Part shown: one piece after another, positions 1-7,220 of the stretch | Layout: the number at the start of each line of letters is the position of its first letter | Position numbering within the stretch: the first letter of the stretch is position 1 | Source: Fidelibacterota bacterium | GTDB lineage: Bacteria; Fidelibacterota; Marinisomatia; Marinisomatales; JABMOV01 | Direction: 5' to 3' | DNA: 26,121 nucleotides | NCBI GenBank assembly: GCA_046861395.1 | Contig: JBHHUC010000028.1 | Coordinates: 1-26,121 of the forward strand | Notes under the pieces: generated by a model | The model's input: only the letters and a program-made list of their open reading frames with translations | The model's database searches: none | What the model was told of the DNA's origin: nothing | Program-made: the position numbers and the translations under genes

Positions 1-2
1 GG

Positions 3-209
3 CGCCAACCCAACAGTGAATTGTCCATTTATTCGACACTGCTACAGGATATTTATTCCGTATTTAACGGTATCGATAGCGAAACCCAAACCGCCTATTT
101 TAAAATTATGATCAATCCTTTGGTCTGGTGGGTATGGTTCGGGGGATATGTCTTGGTCTTTGGAACATTAATCGCACTCTGGCCCAAGCGCAAGGAGGGC
201 AAATCATGA
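3..209 (+). CDS. ccmF: Cytochrome c maturation heme lyase CcmF/NrfE, C-terminal fragment (gene starts upstream of the window)
   Basis: The frame is open from position 3: RQPNSELSIYSTLLQDIY...KIMINPLVWWVWFGGYVLVFGTLIALWP. This matches the typical CcmF end (SE.xI.st..D.Y...NPLv.w.W.GG...G..ia). It lies directly upstream of ccmABC. The TTG at 21 is internal. Confidence 0.88.
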   Translation, partial: RQPNSELSIYSTLLQDIYSVFNGIDSETQTAYFKIMINPLVWWVWFGGYVLVFGTLIALWPKRKEGKS

Positions 210-478
210 CCTATTTCCTGATCGCTACGATTTTTATCGCCGCCACCTATTACAGTGTTCAGCCTCTGTTTGAAGCCTATGTTCCGGCGACGGACAGTGA
301 TGAATTCATTGAATCTTTGTTATTGAAAAAACGGGTTTTGTACCGACAAATCAAGGAGCTTGATCTTGATTATGATCTGGGGAATATCGCTGTGGAAGAT
401 TATAGGAAAATCAGAGATGAACTGAAATTGGAAGTCTCTGCTCTGATTGACCAGATTAATTCAAAGAAAAATACGTAA
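206..478 (+). CDS. Small membrane-anchored protein resembling the CcmI/CycH N-terminal region (90 aa)
   Basis: ATG at 206 overlaps the ccmF stop (ATGA) and follows a strong AAGGAGG SD. It has an N-terminal TM (MTYFLIATIFIAATYYSV) and a helical segment LYRQIKELDLDYDLGNIAVEDYRKIRDELK resembling the CcmI 'Y..l.El..d...G.i...ey....el' motif. The ORF-track start at 128 overlaps ccmF and is unlikely. Confidence 0.62.
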   Translation: MTYFLIATIFIAATYYSVQPLFEAYVPATDSDEFIESLLLKKRVLYRQIKELDLDYDLGNIAVEDYRKIRDELKLEVSALIDQINSKKNT

Positions 479-483
479 AACTC

Positions 484-1173
484 TTGCTGGTACTTGATCA
501 CGTAACAAAGTCCTTCTATCATAGGGCTGTTTTTCGCGATATATCCATATCATTTCCGCCGGGGAAAATAACGGCTATCATGGGACGAAACGGTGCAGGG
601 AAATCCACCTTACTTCGGATCATAGCCGGCCTAACCTCTTTTGATCAGGGGCAGATCCGTATCAATGATATTATTCTGTCCGGTAATAATCCGGCTTCGC
701 GACAGGATTGCTTTTATTTGGGACATGCTCCGGGATTGTATCCGCCCCTATCAGCGGTGGAAAATGTGGCGATTGCCGCGCGGTTTTACGGACGAAAACT
801 AACCCCGGATGAAATTCATGGTATACTTGATGAAGTCGGACTGTTCCGCCAGCATAATGATCCCATTAATGTTTTTTCGCAAGGTATGATGCAACGTCTT
901 AAGCTGGCGCTGGCCATTGCCGTTCCCTGGAAAGCCCTTCTATTCGACGAACCGTTCACGGGCCTGGACGAGGAGGGAAGAACATTGACCCAGCATTTTC
1001 TGAAAACCTGGATTCAACCGTATAATACCATCTTAGCGGTTGTTCATGACTACCATTGGGCTTTGGCCCATTGTGATAATCTGATGGTATTTCATCAAAA
1101 GAAAATAGAATATTTTGGTCCCTCTATAGAGGCTGATCCGGATCAGGTCTCTACCTGGTTATCGGGAACGTAA
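484..1173 (+). CDS. ccmA: Heme ABC exporter ATP-binding protein CcmA
   Basis: Walker A GRNGAGKST, signature FSQGMMQRL, Walker B LLFDEP, H-loop VVH, and YLGH typical of CcmA. Directly upstream of ccmB and ccmC. TTG start. Confidence 0.9.
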   Translation: MLVLDHVTKSFYHRAVFRDISISFPPGKITAIMGRNGAGKSTLLRIIAGLTSFDQGQIRINDIILSGNNPASRQDCFYLGHAPGLYPPLSAVENVAIAARFYGRKLTPDEIHGILDEVGLFRQHNDPINVFSQGMMQRLKLALAIAVPWKALLFDEPFTGLDEEGRTLTQHFLKTWIQPYNTILAVVHDYHWALAHCDNLMVFHQKKIEYFGPSIEADPDQVSTWLSGT

Positions 1174-1175
1174 GT

Positions 1176-1838
1176 ATGTTATTTTTTCTGATAAAAAAGG
1201 AATTATTGGTTGAGTTACGGTCACGGCAAATCCTCATCTCAATGGCTGCTTTTGGTCTGAGCGTTGTCTTGGTGTTTGCCTTCTCTTTTTCTGTTTCCAA
1301 TGCCACCCTGAAAACATTTGCCCCGGGATTATTCTGGGTTTTGACCCTTTTTACCGCCGTGTTGGGGTTGCATCGTCTTTTTGATTATGAAAAGGATTTC
1401 GATGCCTTCAGTCTGGCCATTGGATCGCCCGTGGACCGGGGATTGATATTTCTGGCCAAATGGATCAGCGGTTTTCTTTATCTGGTTGCGGCGGAAGTAA
1501 TTATCGTTCCGCTGTTCCTGTTATTTCTGCAGTTGAGCTGGTCAACCACATGGTGGGGTGGTATTGGCATCCTATTACTGGGGAATGCAGGTATCATGGC
1601 TATCGGTGCCCTCATCTCCGGATTATCCATGCGGGCTAGGATGAGTGAAGTGCTCCTGCCCGTCTTACTATATCCGCTGGTGACACCGGTCATCATCGCG
1701 GCCACCAAGGCAACGACTGGTTTCCTGGACAATATCCCCTTCAACTTCTGGCAATTTTGGGTGATGATCCTGGTAACATTCGTCGTAATTTTCGCCCTCT
1801 TAGGCTATTTATTATTTGATTATGTGACGGAAGAATGA
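1176..1838 (+). CDS. ccmB: Heme exporter protein CcmB
   Basis: About 6 TM helices, KELLVELRS near the N-terminus, PGLFW, IFLAK and LLPVLLYPLVTPVII motifs. Lies between ccmA and ccmC. Confidence 0.92.
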   Translation: MLFFLIKKELLVELRSRQILISMAAFGLSVVLVFAFSFSVSNATLKTFAPGLFWVLTLFTAVLGLHRLFDYEKDFDAFSLAIGSPVDRGLIFLAKWISGFLYLVAAEVIIVPLFLLFLQLSWSTTWWGGIGILLLGNAGIMAIGALISGLSMRARMSEVLLPVLLYPLVTPVIIAATKATTGFLDNIPFNFWQFWVMILVTFVVIFALLGYLLFDYVTEE

Positions 1839-2509
1839 AAAGTTATTTTGACAACAACACCAATCGTATCTGGGGTATATCTCTCATCATCCTTTTCGCC
1901 CTGGATTTGTTCATCATCATGGCACGAACGCCAATGGTCCCACAACAGCACTGGGCCCAGAAGATTTTCTATCTTCATGTCCCGGTAGCATGGACGGGAT
2001 TCCTGTCCTATTTGTTCGTCATGATCTTTGGCATCCTCTATCTGGCAAAACATGACTCGAAATGGGATCGGTTGGGATTGGCCTCTGCCGAACTAGGAAC
2101 CATGTTCACAACCCTGGTTCTGATGACCGGACCCATCTGGGCGGCTCCGATATGGGGTACACCCTGGGTATGGGAACCGCGTCTTACTACAACGTTGATC
2201 TTATTTCTGATATATATTGGATATTTCATGCTGCGGGAGTTCGGCGGTCATCCGGAACGTGTGGCACGTTATGCTGCCATTCTTGGAATTGTGGCATTTA
2301 TTGATGTACCCATCATTTTCCTGAGTGTGAAATTCTGGGCTCCCGAAATACAATCCCACCCGCAAATGGAAATGAATTCCCAGCCCGGTGGTATCCTGGG
2401 ACCATTTTTCTTTTCTCTGGCCTTATTTACAGTAACCTGGATTTTCATGGTGCGGTACCGCTATCATATTTTGACCCTTAAACAAAACAGGATGAGTGAA
2501 GATGTTTAA
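1835..2509 (+). CDS. ccmC: Heme exporter / cytochrome c biogenesis protein CcmC
   Basis: IFYLHVP heme-ligand His, Trp-rich motif TGPIWAAPIWGTPWVWEPRLTT, second His in QSHP, 6 TMs. ATGA overlap with ccmB. Confidence 0.93.
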   Translation: MKSYFDNNTNRIWGISLIILFALDLFIIMARTPMVPQQHWAQKIFYLHVPVAWTGFLSYLFVMIFGILYLAKHDSKWDRLGLASAELGTMFTTLVLMTGPIWAAPIWGTPWVWEPRLTTTLILFLIYIGYFMLREFGGHPERVARYAAILGIVAFIDVPIIFLSVKFWAPEIQSHPQMEMNSQPGGILGPFFFSLALFTVTWIFMVRYRYHILTLKQNRMSEDV

Positions 2510-2621
2510 TTTTTTTTCCTATTTCATCAGTGTGGTAATTCTTGTATTTACCGTGCTGATCGGATGGTTTTTATTCCAGCATTTTCAGGAGAAGAAAATT
2601 CTTCGCCGGGGAGATAAATAA
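2502..2621 (+). CDS. ccmD: CcmD-like small heme exporter subunit (39 aa), absent from the ORF track
   Basis: Manual translation gives MFNFFSYFISVVILVFTVLIGWFLFQHFQEKKILRRGDK*. It has a single TM and a basic C-terminus, overlaps the ccmC stop by 8 nt, and fills the gap to the next gene exactly. This is the canonical ccmD position and architecture. Confidence 0.78.
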   Translation: MFNFFSYFISVVILVFTVLIGWFLFQHFQEKKILRRGDK

Positions 2622-2624
2622 TCC

Positions 2625-3689
2625 ATGTTACGGAAAATAGTGCACGTCGTCGGTACCGGCACCATTGGTGAACCCCTCATCGGATTACTGGCCGATTACC
2701 GCGATCAGCTGGGAATCGATGAAGTAACATTTCATAAAAATTCCGCCCTCAAATCAGATTCATCCAAGATCGAAAGCCTGTTACGCCGGGGAGCCCGGCT
2801 GGCCGTCGATGAAGAAAAGGTCAAGGATTTCAGAACCTTGAATATGGATCCTGATTTTGAAACGGAAGAAGCCATCAAACGGGCTTCCGTCGTAATCGAC
2901 TGTACGCCTAAAGGTGTGGGACATCGCAATAAGGAAAAATATTACAGTAATTTCACCGACCATGTGAAGGGCTTTCTGGCCCAGGGCAGCGAAAACGGAT
3001 TCGGGAAAAAATATGCCCGCGGAATTAATGACAAGGCACTCACACCCCAGGATCAGTTTATTCAGATCGTATCCTGCAATACCCATAACTTATCCTGTAT
3101 CACCCGAACCCTGGCTCTGCATAATGACCCGGATAACCTGGTGGAAGGCCGTTTCGTCTGTATCCGAAGAGCGAACGATTTAAGCCAGCCGGGGAGTTTT
3201 ATTCCGGCTCCGCAGGTGGGAAGTCATCATTCCAATCAATTCGGTTCCCACCATGCCGAAGATGCTCACCAGTTATTCCGCACACTGAACTGGGATGCCA
3301 ATCTGTTTTCATCCGCGATGAAGGTGAACAGTCAATACATGCACGTGCTGTGGTTCAATCTGGTAGTAAAGGAACCCACCAGTAAAAAAGATGTACTGGA
3401 ACGGTTGCATAACAATCCTCTGGTGGCGGTAACGGAAAAGGATATGACCAGCACGGTATTTTCCTTCGGTCGCGATCACGGTCATTTTGGTCGAATCTTA
3501 AATCAGACCGTCGTTGTGGAACAAACCATCAACGTGCGGAACGATCATGAAATAACCGGTTTTTGTTTCACACCCCAGGACGGGAATTCGATTCTTTCCA
3601 GTATTTCAGCCGCGGAATGGTTACTTTATCCCCATAGTTATGAAGATAAAATTCAGTGCTTATCTGAATTGGTTTTTAATCATATTTGA
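2625..3689 (+). CDS. Archaeal-type (class II) glyceraldehyde-3-phosphate dehydrogenase family protein, divergent
   Basis: Rossmann motif VVGTGTIG, VIDCTPKGVG..NK, QGSE (QGGE in archaea), catalytic IVSCNT (Cys151), RRAND (RRAxD), GSHH and YMH. All are class II GAPDH hallmarks. The bacterial class I motifs NGFGRIG and ASCTTNC are absent. Confidence 0.78.
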   Translation: MLRKIVHVVGTGTIGEPLIGLLADYRDQLGIDEVTFHKNSALKSDSSKIESLLRRGARLAVDEEKVKDFRTLNMDPDFETEEAIKRASVVIDCTPKGVGHRNKEKYYSNFTDHVKGFLAQGSENGFGKKYARGINDKALTPQDQFIQIVSCNTHNLSCITRTLALHNDPDNLVEGRFVCIRRANDLSQPGSFIPAPQVGSHHSNQFGSHHAEDAHQLFRTLNWDANLFSSAMKVNSQYMHVLWFNLVVKEPTSKKDVLERLHNNPLVAVTEKDMTSTVFSFGRDHGHFGRILNQTVVVEQTINVRNDHEITGFCFTPQDGNSILSSISAAEWLLYPHSYEDKIQCLSELVFNHI

Positions 3690-3722
3690 CCGTTTATTAT
3701 CCCCCTTACGTCAGGGCGGTTT

Positions 3723-4358
3723 ATGTCTATACATGTAGCATCACTGACGACCGGTCCTTTTCAGGAAAACGGCTACCTGGTTAGCCATGATTCCAGTGGG
3801 AAAACGGTCTTGATCGATCCGGGCGATAAAGCTTCCGTGTTTCGAGACCACATTGTGGCTCATGAACTGGAACCGATTGCCATCGTGAATACGCACAGCC
3901 ACCTGGATCATATCGGAGCCGTAGCGGAGTTGCAGACCCTGTATAAGATTCCTTTTTATCTGCATATTTCAGATAAACCAGTGCTGGAGCATTATCCCCA
4001 ATCCTGTATCATGTTCGGACTCCCGGAAAAACAAGCACCGATCGTGGACTACTGGATGAATGGGGAACAGGAAAACCTGGATTTCGGAGACATCCAATTA
4101 GACGTGGACCATACTCCCGGTCATACTCCGGGTAGTTGTTGTATCCGGGTGAATCAGGAAATTTTCACCGGGGACACGCTGTTTCAGAATTCGATTGGCC
4201 GCACCGACCTGCCGGGAGGAGACTACGATACAATCATGGCATCATTGCACCGTATCATTGCCCACTATGATGCTGACAGCCGGATCTACCCGGGCCATGG
4301 CCCCGCTTCGACCTTGGAAATTGAACGGCGGCAAAACCCGTTTCTCATTCACATCTAA
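3723..4358 (+). CDS. MBL-fold metallo-hydrolase (glyoxalase II / YcbL-like)
   Basis: LIDPG, THSHLDH metal motif, HTPGHTPG, FTGDTLF, IGRTDLPGG, YPGHGP and E...NPF. Confidence 0.92.
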   Translation: MSIHVASLTTGPFQENGYLVSHDSSGKTVLIDPGDKASVFRDHIVAHELEPIAIVNTHSHLDHIGAVAELQTLYKIPFYLHISDKPVLEHYPQSCIMFGLPEKQAPIVDYWMNGEQENLDFGDIQLDVDHTPGHTPGSCCIRVNQEIFTGDTLFQNSIGRTDLPGGDYDTIMASLHRIIAHYDADSRIYPGHGPASTLEIERRQNPFLIHI

Positions 4359-4377
4359 AAGAACCTAAATTAATCCC

Positions 4378-5322
4378 ATGCGAGTAATTGATTACCTGGA
4401 AAAGTCGAATAAAACATTGTTCAGTTATGAGATTATCCCACCCAAGAGAGGCGGGCGAATTGAAAGTGTTTTTACAATCATTGAGCAATTAATGCCCTTT
4501 GACCCGCCGTTTATTGATCTCACCAGTCGCAGTGCCGAAGTGTCATACGATGAACTGGACAATGGCATGATCAAGAAAACGGTAAAGCGGAAGCGCCCCG
4601 GGACCATCGGATTGAGCGCCGCCATTAAAAACCGATTCAATGTGGAAACTGTTCCGCATTTGCTATGTCACGGTTTTACCAGGGAAGAAACAGAGGATGC
4701 TCTGATTGAATTGAATTATTTGGGAATTCATAATGTTTTTGCCGTGCGTGGCGACTTCCTTCGGAAACCGCAGCAATCCCGCGGCCGCACCCATAACCGC
4801 TATGCCATCGATCTGGTCAATCAAATCAACCGGATGAATGAGGGAAAATATCTGGAAGAATTATTTGATGCCCATCCAACGAATTTTTCCATCGGTGTGG
4901 GAGGGTATCCTGAAAAGCATTTTGAAGCACCCAACCTAGAGGTTGATATTGCCTATCTGAAGGAGAAAGTCGACGCCGGCGCCGATTATATCGTTACGCA
5001 GATGCACTATGATAATAATAAATATTTCGCCTTCCACAAGGCCTGCCGCGAAGCCGGAATCACGGTACCCATTATTCCTGGAATCAAGATTCTGAACCGG
5101 AAAAGTCACCTTGTAACCATTCCCCGAAATTTCCATGTGGATATTCCGCGCGAATTAGTCAAAATGGTCACCGATTGCAGTGATGAGGACGTCCCACGGC
5201 AAGGCATTAAATGGGCCCTGAATCAGTGCCAGGAACTCATGGATTTCGGCGTTCCCTGCATTCATTTCTATATTATGTCATCCGCCAAGGAAGCCACACA
5301 GGTCGTGGCTCAACTGAAATAA
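4378..5322 (+). CDS. metF: Methylenetetrahydrofolate reductase
   Basis: FSYEIIPPK, VPHLLC, AVRGD, GGYPEKH, LKEKVDAGADYIVTQ, VPIIPGI, IHFY. The KRKRPGT insertion resembles Bacteroidetes-type MetF. Confidence 0.95.
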   Translation: MRVIDYLEKSNKTLFSYEIIPPKRGGRIESVFTIIEQLMPFDPPFIDLTSRSAEVSYDELDNGMIKKTVKRKRPGTIGLSAAIKNRFNVETVPHLLCHGFTREETEDALIELNYLGIHNVFAVRGDFLRKPQQSRGRTHNRYAIDLVNQINRMNEGKYLEELFDAHPTNFSIGVGGYPEKHFEAPNLEVDIAYLKEKVDAGADYIVTQMHYDNNKYFAFHKACREAGITVPIIPGIKILNRKSHLVTIPRNFHVDIPRELVKMVTDCSDEDVPRQGIKWALNQCQELMDFGVPCIHFYIMSSAKEATQVVAQLK

Positions 5323-6681
5323 ATGGAACACTCTCCTATTACAGATAGTCTTCTGACTTTGTTCCGGTCCCACGGACCCGTGAAACTATCCGATCGTTTG
5401 ATTGTAGCCGTCTCGGGCGGAAAAGATTCCATGTGTCTGCTTCATGGCTTGGTGGAAATTCTGGAAAAACCGGAGGATCACATCGTTGCCGTACATGTGA
5501 ACCATAATCTGCGTCCGGATTCCCATCGTGATGGTGAGTTGATTGCTTCCTTTTGCCTCCGGCATGACATTCCATTTATTAGTCAGGCTTTAGACTCGTC
5601 GGAGAGACCCCGGACGATGAATTTGGAAGCATGGTGTCGTGATAAACGCTATGCCATTTTAGAAAAATATCGTATTCGGGAGAATGCCAATTGGATCCTG
5701 ACAGCGCACCACGCACAGGATCAAACCGAGACCTTGTTAATGCATCTACTTCAGGGCAGTGGCGTGAGCGGATTGCGGGGAATTCATTTCTGTCATGGAT
5801 CTGTCCTGCGACCGTTTTTATCCTTATTGCCCGATGAGATCTGGACTTATGTTCGACGGTATGATGTTCCCTTCCGTGAAGATTCCACCAACACTGATGA
5901 TCGGATGGACCGGAACTATCTACGCTTGAGAATCCTACCGTATCTGGATTCACGATTCCCGGGACTACATAAGGCAGCCAATCGCACGGCACAAATTATG
6001 ACGGAAGCGGAATCGGCCCTTCAGTACGCTGTTGCAGAGTTAAAAACAAAGCTCAATCTTGAGAGCTCTGACAAATGTAGCGAGATTCCCCTGGAACGTA
6101 TGGCAAATGTCCCGCTTTTACTACAGGTACGTTTATTGCAGGATATCTGCCACAGTGGGGGACCAACCAGAAATCATAATTGGAACCGCTTGAAACAATT
6201 TCTTCTGAATGGGTCTACCGGGACGGTCATTCCTTTAGGCCGCTACATGATTCTCCGAAATCGAGACACCCTCGTAATTGAGCGTAAAGATATTCCGATG
6301 GAAAAGGAAGTGGAATGGGATTTAAAATCACAACTGCTGTTTCGGGGATTGGTTTTTCAGTCGCGCCCAGTAACTGAATTCAGGTTTACAGCAACACCGG
6401 AAACGGAAATTGTGAACCTGTCCTATCTGACGGGAAAGCAAATTACCATCAGGCCATGGCAGCCTGGGGATCGCTTCATTCCCTTGGGAATGCGGAAAAA
6501 GAAAAAGATCAGTGATTTCCTCATTGATGAAAAGATGAATGTATTTTCCAAAAAACGACAACTTGTCATGACAGCGAATAATGAGATCGTCTGGGTCTGT
6601 GGCCGGCGAATCAGTGATACGGTGAAGATCGTACCCGGTTGCGATGCAGCATTGGAACTGTCCGCAAGATCACAGGCCTGA
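5323..6681 (+). CDS. tilS: tRNA(Ile)-lysidine synthase
   Basis: PP-loop VAVSGGKDS, HVNHNLR, TAHHAQDQTET, EDSTN...RNYLR, and the C-terminal TilS_C segment (RPWQPGDRF..GM..KKKISDFLID.K). Confidence 0.95.
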   Translation: MEHSPITDSLLTLFRSHGPVKLSDRLIVAVSGGKDSMCLLHGLVEILEKPEDHIVAVHVNHNLRPDSHRDGELIASFCLRHDIPFISQALDSSERPRTMNLEAWCRDKRYAILEKYRIRENANWILTAHHAQDQTETLLMHLLQGSGVSGLRGIHFCHGSVLRPFLSLLPDEIWTYVRRYDVPFREDSTNTDDRMDRNYLRLRILPYLDSRFPGLHKAANRTAQIMTEAESALQYAVAELKTKLNLESSDKCSEIPLERMANVPLLLQVRLLQDICHSGGPTRNHNWNRLKQFLLNGSTGTVIPLGRYMILRNRDTLVIERKDIPMEKEVEWDLKSQLLFRGLVFQSRPVTEFRFTATPETEIVNLSYLTGKQITIRPWQPGDRFIPLGMRKKKKISDFLIDEKMNVFSKKRQLVMTANNEIVWVCGRRISDTVKIVPGCDAALELSARSQA

Positions 6682-7220
6682 TGATGTTTGGATACAATGT
6701 TACCGAGCTTATTTCCCAGTCGCGGATTCAGGAACGACTCCGTGAGATCGCCGAAGCCATTTCCGATCGATACCATGACCGTATTCCCATTCTGATCGGA
6801 GTGCTGAATGGCAGCTTTATTTTCATGGCCGATCTGATGCGGCACCTGACCATAGATTGTGAAATGGATTTCATTAAAGTCTCCAGTTATTTAAAAACAG
6901 AATCAACCGGCACAGTTCGCCTGCTGAAAGATATTTCGGCTGATATTACCGGTCGGGATGTAATTATCGTGGAAGATATCATTGATTCCGGATTAACGAT
7001 CTCTTTTTTGAAAGATCGTCTGGAAGGCGCCAGTCCCCGTTCCCTGGCTTTTGCTACCTTGCTGATGAAACCGGATATAACTAATATTGATTTTCCCATA
7101 GATTACGTAGGTTTCGAAATCCCTCCGGATTATGTAGTGGGCTACGGCCTGGACTACGAACAGAAACTGCGGCATCTGCCGGGAATATATCGCTTAGAAG
7201 GAAAAAAGATTGATGATTAA
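6681..7220 (+). CDS. hpt: Hypoxanthine phosphoribosyltransferase
   Basis: [17 protein letters not shown]-binding [25 protein letters not shown]. Start placed at ATG 6681 (TGATG overlap with tilS) or 6684, rather than 6639. Confidence 0.95.
   Translation: MMFGYNVTELISQSRIQERLREIAEAISDRYHDRIPILIGVLNGSFIFMADLMRHLTIDCEMDFIKVSSYLKTESTGTVRLLKDISADITGRDVIIVEDIIDSGLTISFLKDRLEGASPRSLAFATLLMKPDITNIDFPIDYVGFEIPPDYVVGYGLDYEQKLRHLPGIYRLEGKKIDD

Noticed and set aside
128..205. ORF-track N-terminal extension of the 128..478 ORF
   Set aside because: It overlaps the ccmF coding end. ATG 206 has a strong SD and an ATGA coupling.
2510..2517. T8 run after ccmC as a terminator or phase-variable tract
   Set aside because: There is no preceding GC hairpin, and the run is explained by Asn/Phe/Ser codons of the ccmD-like ORF.
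4110..4133. Near-perfect 12-nt tandem repeat CATACTCC(C/G)GGT
   Set aside because: It encodes the normal HTPG-HTPG motif of MBL-fold hydrolases.
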